Assembly: GCF_009914755.1 (NCBI RefSeq) | Contig: NC_060932.1 | Direction: 5' to 3' (one strand) | Origin: the human T2T-CHM13v2.0 reference genome, Homo sapiens | DNA: 64,000 nt | Part shown: positions 15,488 through 27,482 of the stretch, in pieces | How the letters are laid out: the number at the start of each line of letters is the position of its first letter | Position numbering within the stretch: the stretch's first letter is position 1 | Made by a program: the position numbers and the translations under genes | The notes under the pieces: generated by a model | Told to the model about the DNA's origin: nothing | Database searches by the model: none | What the model saw: the letters and a program-made list of their open reading frames with translations, nothing else

Positions 15488-15783
15488 TTTTTTTAATTTT
15501 TATTTTTGGCAGAGTCTCACCCTGCCACCCAGGCTGGAATGCAATGGTGTGACCTCTGCTCACTGCAACCTCCACCTCCAGGTTCAAGTGATTCTCCTGC
15601 CTCAGCCTCCCGAGTAGCTGGGATTACAGGCGTGCGCCGCCACGCCCAGCTAAATTTTTGAATTTTTAGTAGAGGAGGTTTCACCATATAGGCCAGGCTG
15701 GTCTCGATCTCCTGACCTCGTGATCCGCTCTCCTCGGCCTCCCAAAGTGCTGAAATTACAGGCGTGAGCCCCTGCACCTGGAC
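15488..15783 (-). mobile_element. Alu (AluS-like)
   Basis: Full dimer. TSD-like tgttgtg flanks. Confidence 0.95.
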
Positions 15784-16120
15784 TGTTGTGTTCTTAAAAT
15801 GGAAATGGAGCACGTTTCAGTGTAGATGGGAAAAAATCTTGTCAAGCAGGGAGAAAAGGAACATGCAAGTGAAAGAAGGGCTACTTGAATGTTCAGGATA
15901 ATACTATTAAGGAAAAACTTGCTAGACTACCCACAGACACCTTTGAAATCACTTCTTCATCATGGTGAAGACCACAGGAAGCTTTGTGCTGAAGTCTTAA
16001 AGAGCCAGCATTTTGAAAGAACATGATTCTGTCAGTGTCAACGTCAGGCAATAGTGCCTGATAATGGAGACATCTGTGTCATGATTGCCATGCTCAGTTC
16101 ATCTTCACTTACTTTTCCAG

Positions 16121-16254
16121 GAGCTGATGAGGATGTAGAGAGTCCAGAGCTGACAACAACTCGACCACTTCCAAAGATACTGTTGACTAGTGCTGCTCCA
16201 AAAGTGGAAACCACGACGCTGAATATACAGAACAAGATACCTGCTCAGACAAAG
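16121..16254 (+). CDS. SDC2: Syndecan-2 coding exon 3 (ectodomain spacer)
   Basis: Acceptor acttttccag, donor GTGCGT at 16255. Encodes (G)[44 protein letters not shown]. 134 nt, phase-compatible with exon 2. Confidence 0.98.
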
Positions 16255-19200
16255 GTGCGTTCTATTTTCCATTGCATTGCATTATCAGGTTATTACAAAT
16301 GCTTCACTTTACTGACTGTACACAACAGTCCCTTTTGTATTATTTTCTTCTTTTTGGAGCTACCCATCATGAACTATGTACACAACAGTTCTTTTAAAAG
16401 ACCCCACTTAAAATTGTGTAAGGACAAATGGTCTTCAGGTGGTGTTATAAATGGCTCTTCCTTACTCTTTTTGATCATTTTGGCATTTACCCACTTATAA
16501 TCTCTGTCATCCAGGCTCAAATTATATACAACTATTTTTCACATGGCCCTCCTTCTTAAGGAACGTCTGAAGCCCAGTTAAGAAGTAAAGCCCTGTTTCT
16601 TTGGTTTCCTGGTTTGTAGGTTACGTAATTAGAAGACTCCAGGTCACGTCTTGAGGTGGTCCTAGTCTCACTAAGTCATTTCTCAGTCTTCCTAGGCCGA
16701 CCATCAGTACTATGTAATCCTTGACCTCTCTCGATGATGATGAACCTGGGTACATCTGTATATATTCATTTTGAGAGCTGACTTATTAAGAATAAGGTCT
16801 TTGGCCTTAGACCTGAGTAAAGTGACCAGCTAATGAAAACTTGGAGCTTGTGATTTTGACCTCGTTAATATTGCAGTTAGCTGACCATCCACTAATAGGT
16901 AACCCACTGAAGTTAGAACATGCATATTAAAGTCTGGCAAAGACCTAAGTTTCAAATCCTGGATCCAGTCAGGTTTCTTAGCTTCTGAACCCATTTCCTA
17001 TGGGCCTTGAAGAAGATGAAATGTGAGTGCATGTAGCATGGCACCTGAGACCTAGTCACCATTCTGTAAGCATTAATTGAATTGGTGGAGCAGAAGAGAC
17101 CAAGCCAATTCACCAAATGAGCATGTGTAATAACTGTAGTGGTAGACTTTGCAATCAGTGCAGGGGTAACATATGGCTTAAGAAAACTCAGAAGCACAAG
17201 CATCCCCTTTTAGAGCTCACCCATCTGTTGATTAGAAATGAGATGCTGCCAAGCTTTAGCAGCAGACAGGGTATGGATATGGAAGGCTGTTTGATGAAGG
17301 TGGCGACAGGCCTTCCTTGGAGTAAGAATCATCCCGTCTTCAGGCCAGAATGCATGTGGGCTTTTCTTACCCTTGCCCCAGAGTACCTTTGTTCTTCCTC
17401 CTCCTCCATCCTCCCAGTGCCTGTGACTGGAATGGTGAATGGCACCGCTGGATGGGTTTCTGCAGATGTGGAACAGCCAGGAAGCCAGCCCTGTCCAAAT
17501 TGAAGTGCTTTCTGTAGGACCAAGAAGGGTCAATTACTATTAGTGGTAGACTTCACAAGCCAGGCGGTAGGAAGGCAGGGAGAGCCCTATGAGAACTGAG
17601 ACCGACTCACCTGGCATGTGCTGGATCCATGCATAAAAGCTACTGTATCAATGTTTCAGTTGAGTGAATGAAACAAAAAAAGAAAGGGAGAAATGAAAAG
17701 TGCAGGTGCAATTGGTGGTACGATGACTGCCTCAGAGTGTGTGTGGCACAATTAGCTACTATTTACTAAAGATGCATTTGGCTCTTACCACATTTTTATT
17801 TGACCACTTCTCTTGACTAAATCTGCTGAAGTCAGAGACAATTAGGACTCACTAGCTTGAGGGAAGCAACTCTCCTGGGTGAGTTTTGGCTTGTAGTGAT
17901 AGAGAGTTCTATCCTAAGCAAGACTTAATTTGACATAGAGTTCTGTCTGGTTTGTTAACAGCAATGGATTGACCACTAATTTAAGTTTTTAAAAATTGGT
18001 TTTAAGGAAGTAATTGCATCAGATCGAGATAAAAAATGTAGAACTTTGGCAGGTGAATTTAAAAATTAAGCAGCCCAAAAGATTTTAATACATTTATATT
18101 CTTACTATCATTTGTGTTCAATATAGTAATAGTAGAAATTCATCCATTTATAGGAGATTTGTTGAGTGCTATTCATTATGTGTCGAACACTGTTTGCAGC
18201 ACTGATAATGATAATATTGATCATGAATAACATGAATAATAATGATTAAATTTTTCATTTTGCTGTTTATGTGGTACAGCCGAATTGAACATTGCCTCTA
18301 GGATACCATTAGTGTAGATTTTGCTTTTCAATTGGTCTCACAGTGGCATTAATGTCACTGTTACGGATATCCTATCTAGTTTGTTGTAAATTTAAGTGAC
18401 TAAAATGCACAAAAGGGAATCTCGTTATTTGTTTGAGAAGAGCATCACTCATAAGCTTTTACTTCTGTTGCATTTCCATGGCATCCAAACAACCAGACAT
18501 GGATGTGGCAGATCTTTACTTGGCCTCATTTAATCATCCCTGCTGTCTTTTTGCGGATTCATTTTGCACATACATTCATACAAGAGTGAAGGTATTTCAG
18601 ATTAGTTCCATATTACCAAATGGTATCTTCTTAGTCAAGCCTTTGCTTCCATACGATAAAACATTTTGACTTAAAAAATGAATTTTCCACCCAGAGCCGC
18701 TTGAGGCTTGTGCACCTCCAGCTGCAGGGCGGCTCCAGTTCTGTGGAGTCCTTCAGTTCCCACACTCTCAGATCCCTGGATTGCACGCTTTGTTCAGCCT
18801 GCCGGATCAGAGGCTGAGTCAGAGGAAACTGAAAAGATCAACTCTCTTAAATGACTTTAGGGACTCAATCACATGGTGAAACCATATGATTTGTAATAAT
18901 AATGGGACAAAGATGATATGGATATGGATGAATTAAACTCAGTCTCTCATATTACAGTAACTACTTAGGTCCATTTCATTTCTCACCAGAACTTGTTTAC
19001 CTCTCTCCCTAGTCACAAACCTGAGTATTCACCTATTTGAGATTTCTCTTCCCTTTTCTAACTTGTAATAGTAAAGCAGTACTAATGAGCAGTGAAAAGG
19101 TCTCTAGACTAGAACCCAGATAATCCATTCTCTGACCTGTTGTCTGTCTTTCCACAAGGCAGCCAATTAATGATGGGCTTTTCATGAGAAGAATAGAAAA

Positions 19201-19859
19201 ATCTCAGCAAAAATACTGCCAATGAGCTGCTCTCTTCTGCTTTACTTTGGTACCTGAAGGCCTGGGAAGGCCTGTCGTATTTCCTTCTCTCATAGTAATA
19301 GAAAGGACGGTGACATTTTCAGTGCATATTGTGCACCAGTGAAATGAAATTTCTCTATGGCCTCTGCTTTTTGTAAGTCATGGCAGGTTGAAGTTTAGGT
19401 AGTACAGGGTTTCTTGCAATTTGGGAATGACAGTTACTCTTTATTATACTTTATTACATACCACCTTCAGTAGAAGTGTAGCGTTCTGCTCACTGAGACA
19501 GGGACCTATTGATCTTACATACCCTAGAGTACAAATGGATCCACCTGGTCTAGCTTATGGTCCTTCCTAGCAATGAGGGTGGCCTTAAGGTGCAGAAAAG
19601 AAGTATGATGTGGTCAGGGTCCCACAGGAGCTACTTGCACAGCCCAAGAAGGTGTGAGGTCTTTTCTTCTTACACTCTTTAAGCCTCTAGACTTAACTAG
19701 CAGGCCGCCATTTTGGATGAACTCTAGCCTTCAGAAAGCAATCATTTGCTTTGCTGAGCCATGGTATGTTAGACTCTGTGGAGTCCTAATGAAGATGGTA
19801 GGAAGCTCTCAGGAACTTAGGAAGAGTAGTAGAGCTGAGAAGGATTATTGTCTGCAGTA

Positions 19860-20069
19860 TTTTTTTTGAGACAGGGTCTCACTCTGTTACCCAGGCTAGA
19901 ATGCAGTGGCACAATTATAGCTCACCGCAGCCTCCAACTCCTGGGATCAAGAGATCCTCCACAGGTACACAGCACCATGCCTGGCTAATTTTAAAAATTT
20001 TTTTGTAGAGACAAGGTCTCAGTATGTTGCCCAGGTTGGTCTCGAATGATCCTCTCACCTTGGGCTCCC
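19860..20069 (-). mobile_element. AluJ-like element with internal deletions
   Basis: Both monomers recognisable but shortened. Confidence 0.85.
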
Positions 20070-20194
20070 TACCCAGCCACCTTTAGCCTTTAAACCTCAA
20101 TGAAGTTGACAGTGTTTTCATCAGTGATGCTGGCCGACAAGAACTTCAGACTGTTAGAGAATGAACAACTCCTTTGAATGGGACTTCTCTAATC

Positions 20195-20440
20195 CACTGG
20201 TTCTTAAACTATGGAATTGTCTGGAGAACTTAAATAGCAGTAAAAGTCAGTGCCAGCTACATAGTGCCCTGTATAGCTCAGAAGTGAAGGAGTAAGGAGA
20301 ACTGGGGCAGTGCTGTTGGGTTGGAGCAGTCAGAGGGAGATGGTGACCTGAAGTCAGACCAATTGAAATGGAACCTCTAGTAGTAGGACTGTATTTTTTT
20401 TAATGCCTTTCAGGTGATGTGGATCAGCGTAACCTTGGGT
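20195..20440. mobile_element. MER5-type hAT remnant interrupted by a 97-bp insert
   Basis: cactggttcttaaact...gaattgtctggagaact and gaccaattgaaatggaacctct...caggtgat resemble MER5. Confidence 0.55.
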
Positions 20441-20617
20441 GATTCACATAAGATGGCCAGTGATGGTGCTGAGAGTTAGAAAGGCAAGAGATAATTTCTG
20501 TGTAAATAATCCTGGGGGTTTAGTGAGGTAAAAGGTCAGAGAAGGCTTCATTAAGGACAAACAGATAGTAAAAGAAGTGCAACATTTGGACTGGGGATAG
20601 AACTGCATGAACTAGAG

Positions 20618-20885
20618 CAGAGTTCCCCACCCGCTTCTGGGGCCACGGACCAGTAGCGGTGGCCTGTTAGGAACCAGGCTGCACAGCAGGAAGTGAGTGA
20701 GCATTACCACCTGAGCTCCGCCTCCTGTCAGATCAGTGGAGGCGTGCCATTCCCATAGGATCTAGGAGCGCAAACGCGATTGTGAACTGTGCCTGTTGTG
20801 CTCCTTATGAGAGTCTGAGGTGGAATAGTTTCATCCCCCTCCATCCCCCCCACCCTCCCATTCATGGAAAGATTGGGGACCGCTA
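20618..20885 (+). mobile_element. MER1B-like hAT-Charlie element
   Basis: gccacggaccagta...cctgttaggaaccaggctgcacagcagg. 8-bp TSD aactagag/aactacag. Confidence 0.88.
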
Positions 20886-22060
20886 AACTACAGCACAGAT
20901 ACTAAGAACCATTTTTGATAATGAAGAGGTGGTGGAAATGACCTCACAGGGTTTTCTACTGGGAGTAAGTGGTGGGTTGGGTGAGGACTGGAAGCTACCC
21001 AACACCTGCAGTTCTGAGGTCGATGCGGGATGGGAGCTGGGCTGTGATGTGCTGGCCACCTGAACGAAGCTGTGGAAATGAGAACCCAAGGGAAGAAGTT
21101 AATGTGAGAGCAAGATGGGAGGCAAATTGACAGTGCTGTGACATGGAAAACATATGATAGAAAATGTGCCGTAATAGATAACTTGGTAACACCCCAAAAT
21201 ACAGTGCCATTAATGGGAATAGAAAAGGAGGCTGATCTGATTCAGCAGTGAATTAATTACTACTTAGACTTGACGAGTAGAGTTAAAGGTGGTACAGCCA
21301 ACAGTTAATGTCCTGCAGGCTGCTGGCTTGTTGGGAATAATGCTGACTAGAGATGCGGCTGTGAGAGGTATTCCCATAGATTTCTGCTTGAGCATTGTGC
21401 AGTGTCCGAGACCCAGTGAGTGTCGTTCATTAGACAGGTGAGGAAATCAAGGTGGAGAAAAGAAGTATGATGTGATGAGGGAGGAGCTACTTGCGCAATC
21501 CAAGTCCCTGGAAGTCCTGGTCTAGGGTTTGCTGAAGGTAATATAACTAGGGGGAAGCATTAGGAGTAAGGCTTGGGGATTGCTCCCCACAGAGTGGGGA
21601 CAGGAAAAGCCCAGTCAGGCGTGAGAGAATATCTGAAAGGGAACTGTTGTCCTAGTGCCCTGTGTAGTTCAGAAGTGAAGGAGCAGGGAGAATTGGGGCA
21701 GTGCTGTTGGGTTGGAGCAGTCAGAGGGAGATGGTGACCTGAAGTTAGAAGAGTGGTGAGAAAGTAGAAATCTTAGGAAATGTCCACTAAAACAACCTCA
21801 CCATGTCCTTAGGATTATTATGAACTCACTAGCTCTCCGACTTGCCTGATCATGCGATGGGTGTTGTGCAAACCATGAACTACATGGGTCCATCATGACA
21901 CTCACCCATTGCTATAAACATCACACAAGTGATTATTCCAGTTATTTCCTAAACTCATTCTTTGGGGGAAAAAAAAATTTTGGAATATACTCATCTATTA
22001 TTTCTTCTTTCCAACACATTTCCTTAAATCAATGTAATCTTTCCCTGTTTCCCATACCAG

Positions 22061-22196
22061 TCACCTGAAGAAACTGATAAAGAGAAAGTTCACCTCTCTG
22101 ACTCAGAAAGGAAAATGGACCCAGCCGAAGAGGATACAAATGTGTATACTGAGAAACACTCAGACAGTCTGTTTAAACGGACAGAAGTCCTAGCAG
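22061..22196 (+). CDS. SDC2: Syndecan-2 coding exon 4 (membrane-proximal ectodomain)
   Basis: Acceptor cccataccag, donor GTGAGT at 22197. Encodes [45 protein letters not shown]. 136 nt. Absent from the ORF track and read by hand. Confidence 0.98.
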
Positions 22197-23110
22197 GTGA
22201 GTAGCCTGGTGGGCCTCAGGTGGGAGGGTGCCTACATAGGCCTCTGTTAGTCTAAGTGATATTCAAAAGTGCAGCAAAGCTTGCTGTCATCTTTCTGCTG
22301 AAAGCAGTCTTGTGGGTGCTTGATTCCAGAGCGAGAAGCAAGAGGCTCAGCAAACATTGTCTTTATTGTCTGCCAGCTCCCTCAACCTACCTCTTCGCCA
22401 GCCATCGGGCAGGGGATAGGAGGTAGCCTAAAAGAGGGAAAGTTAACATCTGAATTGATCCAGAACAGCTGGATGTAGAGAGATGGCAGAGTGTGGAGAT
22501 CCATCAGTCTTGCTCACAGGCATTCTACATTTCAAAATAAAGAGAACGAAAAGTTCTTTAGGGGAAGGCAGTTCATATAAGTACTGCCCAAAGTGTTAAG
22601 AACGTTGTTTCTATTTTAACTTAATTGGATGGAAGTGCAAATATTTTAAAGGGGAAAACTTTCAAGATTTAGGCACACTTGGTAGTCTCAAATCCAAGAA
22701 TAGAAATAAATTTGCATGCTTTTTTTCATGTATACTCTTTAAAATTTTAAGTCAATTATACTATGTTCTCTGTTGAAAAAAAGTAGTTAGAAAATTAGAA
22801 TATGAAATGTGAGTTCTGAAAAGACAAAAGTAGTTTTCAAGTATGGAATTAGTTAAGATCAAGGCCAGATTTTTCTTATCGAGGTTTTTGGGTGGTATTA
22901 TTAACACTAACCAAAGAAATTACTGTACCTTCCTGAGGAGTTTCAGATTTGCATAGTTACCAGGTTGCTTCATTGAATCCAGCTTTTTTTTTATTGGGGT
23001 TTTCAAATTAAGCCTTTTATAAAAGTGTAAGTAGATTAGGCTTGACAATAAAGCTAATGTCTGCAACCCTTGAATCTCTTCTAAAGTAATCTTCCTTTTG
23101 GTTGTTTCAG

Positions 23111-23274
23111 CTGTCATTGCTGGTGGAGTTATTGGCTTTCTCTTTGCAATTTTTCTTATCCTGCTGTTGGTGTATCGCATGAGAAAGAAGGATGAAGGAA
23201 GCTATGACCTTGGAGAACGCAAACCATCCAGTGCTGCTTATCAGAAGGCACCTACTAAGGAGTTTTATGCGTAA
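23111..23274 (+). CDS. SDC2: Syndecan-2 coding exon 5 (transmembrane helix and cytoplasmic tail)
   Basis: Acceptor gttgtttcag. Encodes (A)[56 protein letters not shown] at 23272-23274. Has the GxxxG motif, the C1 region and the C-terminal PDZ-binding EFYA diagnostic of syndecans. Confidence 0.99.
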
Positions 23275-23320
23275 AACTCCAACTTAGTGTCTCTATTTAT
23301 GAGATCACTGAACTTTTCAA

Positions 23321-23326
23321 AATAAA
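23321..23326 (+). terminator. Proximal polyadenylation signal candidate of SDC2
   Basis: AATAAA 46 nt after the stop codon, followed by the GT/T-rich element ctttgttttttgtttt at 23351-23366. Confidence 0.55.
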
Positions 23327-25471
23327 GCTTTTGCATAGAATAATGAAGATCTTTGTTTTTTGTTTTCATTAAAGAGCCATTCTGGCACTTTAATGATAAA
23401 ATCCCATTGTATTTAAAACATTTCATGTATTTCTTTAGAACAACATAAAATTAAAATTTAACATCTGCAGTGTTCTGTGAATAGCAGTGGCAAAATATTA
23501 TGTTATGAAAACCCTCGATGTTCATGGAATTGGTTTAAACTTTTATGCGCAAATACAAAATGATTGTCTTTTTCCTATGACTCAAAGATGAAAGCTGTTT
23601 CATTTGTGTCAGCATGTCTCAGATTGACCTTACCAAGTTGGTCTTACTTTGTTAATTTATCTGTTGTCCCCTTCCTCTCCTCTGCCCTCCCTTCTTGTGC
23701 CCTTAAAACCAAACCCTATGCCTTTTGTAGCTGTCATGGTGCAATTTGTCTTTGGAAAATTCAGATAATGGTAATTTAGTGTATATGTGATTTTCAAATA
23801 TGTAAACTTTAACTTCCACTTTGTATAAATTTTTAAGTGTCAGACTATCCATTTTACACTTGCTTTATTTTTCATTACCTGTAGCTTTGGGCAGATTTGC
23901 AACAGCAAATTAATGTGTAAAATTGGATTATTACTACAAAACCGTTTAGTCATATCTATCTAATCAGATCTTCTTTTGGGAGGATTTGATGTAAGTTACT
24001 GACAAGCCTCAGCAAACCCAAAGATGTTAACAGTATTTTAAGAAGTTGCTGCAGATTCCTTTGGCCACTGTATTTGTTAATTTCTTGCAATTTGAAGGTA
24101 CGAGTAGAGGTTTAAAGAAAAATCAGTTTTTGTTCTTAAAAATGCATTTAAGTTGTAAACGTCTTTTTAAGCCTTTGAAGTGCCTCTGATTCTATGTAAC
24201 TTGTTGCAGACTGGTGTTAATGAGTATATGTAACAGTTTAAAAAAAAAGTTGGTATTTTATAAGCACAGACAATTCTAATGGTAACTTTTGTAGTCTTAT
24301 GAATAGACATAAATTGTAATTTGGGAACATAAAAACTACTGAATAAATCATGTGGCCTAATATTGAAAATGTCACTGTTATAAATTTTGTACATTTTTGA
24401 TCAAATGTACATCTCCCCTTTGCTAACGGCCGTCTGCTCTCAAGGTTGACGTGGGTTTGATTTCTAAGTGTTTCACAGTGTCTGTAAATCAAGACCAAAG
24501 AGCCTGTCGATGAGACTGTTTATTACCAGATTCACTTCTGAATTGGCCAGAGGAAATCTGAATGTATTATCCTGTGTGTGTCTAGGTAGAGATATTGGAA
24601 GGCTGCCAGGGGATTTCGAAGTTTGCAACCTTTATAGGATAACTGATGGCAATATTAAGACAGACGCCTGCTTTTGCAAATAACTTACAAGACTGTAAAT
24701 TCCAAAGATCTGAATGGGGCTTTCCTGATGTTGGTATCTAAGGCTTAGGCCTATAGATTGATTTACCTTTGGAATTGTGCTCCAAATGTCTACTGAAGCT
24801 TAACCGAAGAACTAATAAATGGACTACAGTAGCTCACGTTACAGGGAAGGAGGGTAGGCAGGGAGGCTCTGTGTGTTAAAATGAGGGTCTCACTGCTTTA
24901 GGATTGAAGTGGCTGGAAAGAGTGATGCCTGGGGAAGGAGATGGAGTTATGAGGGTACTGTGGCTGGTACTTTCTGTACTAAACATTTCCTTTTTCTATT
25001 TTACCACTAATTTTGTTTTAAACTGTGAGCCGTCCAAGTCAGAAGAAGACAGCAAAAAAAGCAACTTTTCCAACATACAATTTACTTTTAATAAAGTATG
25101 AATATTTCATTTTGAGAACATTCCCTGGAATTGCCACATAATTCATTAAAAACATTTTTTTAAGCAACACTTGGAACAGTGTTTACTTTAAATCCTTAAT
25201 GGCCTTAATTAATTCTCAGATTCCTGCCCCATCACTTACAGAACCAATTCACTTTAGAGTGACTAAAAGGAAACGATAGCCTAGCTTTCTAAAGCCACGC
25301 TGTGTCCCTCAATTACAGAGGGTAGGAATGGGTATACCTCTAACTGTGCAAAGCAGAGTGAAATTCAATTCATAGAATAACAACTGCTGGGAATATCCGT
25401 GCCAGGAAAAGAAAAATTTCTGGCAAATATTTTGTCACTGCTGTAAAGCAAAATATTTGTGAAAGTGCCAA

Positions 25472-25498
25472 AATAAAGTCTGTCATGCCAAAAGTAAA
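25472..25498 (+). terminator. Distal polyadenylation signals of SDC2
   Basis: AATAAA 25472-25477 and variant AGTAAA 25493-25498, with T-rich downstream sequence at ~25520-25562. Confidence 0.65.
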
Positions 25499-27109
25499 TC
25501 ATTGTATAGACTGACATCCAGTTTTCTTCAACTGTACACTTTCTGCTTAGTTTTTTTTTTTTAAGATGCAGTAAATAATACTATAAAAAGTGTTAGTAAT
25601 GATTACTGAGTTCAGGAAAATTTTGGTAAAATGTAAATATTAAAGCCAATGTGAAAATTTCCTGTTTCCTTAACCACATGTAAACGATTTCTCTTGAGTG
25701 AATATGGCTTTGTGTTTGAGAGACTTGAGATAGTCACACTGTCCCATTTTCAGCCCGTAGGGGGAATAGGAAGCACTTGGGTTTTATTTTTGTTTTTCAG
25801 TTTTAGTTGCAGGTGCGTAGTACCTGAATTTCAGGATTAGGACCTGTTTAATAAAAGTGAACAAGATTATAAAAATTGCCATTTCTTAAGGGTTGATAGT
25901 TTCTCATCAAACGTTTACTGAATTTTTGTCCATGCACTTTTTTGCAAGTTAGACAAAATGTACTTGTTATGGATGTAGTCTGTTAGGTCTAGGAGAGTAA
26001 GCTAATTAAATAGAATATGATTACTTTCTTCAAGTGTCCCTAAAGAAACTACTGTGTCCTACTTCATAGTTCTAAGGAGCTTATTTCTTCAATATCTTAG
26101 ACATTTTGAAACATCAAGGAAAGATGTTAGGTGAGCAAAAATATAAAACCTAGAAATATTGTGGGGTTAATTTTATAAGTGTGATCTTTATAGCATTACT
26201 ATAATTTCATAAGGGGGTGGTAGAGAAAAAAATATTTTTAAACATACTTGGTAGTACCAAAAAAGGCAACAACTTTGAGCTACACTATCTCTAATGTGAA
26301 CTTCTAAATTCTAAGCCCACACCAGACATCGGTGAGACCCTAAGAGGTTTCCAATTAAAATTAAGCCAGATGATAAATGGAGTAATCTGAAGTGAGTGAT
26401 CACTAAGGTTTTTTTTGGTTCTAATATTTTATGACAATTGTGAAATTTGAGACTTGGCCATTTCTGGGGAATTACATTAAGTCAGCACAAAAAACTTTAA
26501 AAGGGTAAAACCACATCTTTCAGTGATAAAAACAGTTACCAAAATCACTTCTGTCCCACTCTGTCTCCAAACTCTGGGTGACTTCACTCTTACAGTTTAT
26601 GGTTGTAAAGTTTCATTTATTTTTGTTTATCTGCTGTATATGGTCTTTAGCAGGGCCTTTTCTGACCATGGAATCGTGGCAACTCTGAGAGCAACTTGGT
26701 TTCCTGCGAATTAGCTGGAAGGGTGTAACCCAAGCCGTCAATCCAACCCGCAAATAGCAGAGTGAAATGTTAGGCTTTGGTGCTTCAGAGATGCTGAGTG
26801 CAAGATGCATTTATTCCAGTTTTGTTGGCAAAATAGCATTCAAAAAACAAATGCTTGTATGTGCAATCCATCAGAAGTTCAGTCAAATATTTGCCTGACT
26901 ATGCACTGGAAACTTAAAGAAGCAGAAGGTATGGCGGTGAACTACACCGACAAGGACCCTGCTCACGTGGAGCTTTCATGAACTTGGTGTGGGTTGCAGA
27001 GTGGAAATAAAATCAATAAATGAAAGTGACAAATGGAAATTATCAGTTGGTAATTTCCACAATGGACACAATACAATATAAGCTAACGTGTTGGGACTGA
27101 AGGGCTGTA

Positions 27110-27482
27110 ACAGTCCAGAGAGGCTAGGTATGCTATGGTAACAATCTGAAAGTCTCAGCAAATTAAAACAGCAAAGATTTCTTTCTTGCTCCACTCTGTG
27201 TCCCATTGGTTGGTTGATGGGGAGCTGTGCTCTGGATAATTGTCATCCCCTCTTCAGGGCTCAGGCTGATGGAGTAGCCATTATCTGAAACACTGGTGGT
27301 CACTGGTAGAAGGAAAAAGGGTGAAGCACACAGTGGGATCTTAAAGCTTCCACCCATACTTAATTTGCCAAAGCAAGTCATATGGCCACATCTCATGTCC
27401 AGGGTGCAGAGAAGTGCAGTCTTACTTTGTGCCCAGAAGGAGAGAGATGGAATATTTGTGAGCAGCCAACATTACTACTATA
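27110..27482 (-). mobile_element. Old MLT1-type LTR
   Basis: aggctaggtatgctatggtaacaa...tctcagcaaattaaaacagcaaag, gcaagtcatatggccac. Confidence 0.6.

Larger units (their letters stand above)
23275..25520 (+). other. SDC2: SDC2 3' UTR (3' end approximate)
   Basis: AT-rich sequence with no recognisable repeats after the stop codon, containing several AATAAA hexamers. End placed after AATAAA 25472-25477 and AGTAAA 25493-25498, which are followed by a T-rich tract. Confidence 0.75.

Noticed and set aside
16054-16500. 148-aa ORF as an independent gene
   Set aside because: Only 16121-16254 is the SDC2 exon; the rest is intronic read-through without a nearby canonical AATAAA.
18695-18825. Possible CTCF/AP-1 enhancer in intron 3
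   Set aside because: One TGAGTCA (18815-18821) and a weak CTCF-like match are not enough without chromatin data.
22920-23180. Antisense ORF over exon 5
   Set aside because: Shadow frame of the real transmembrane exon.
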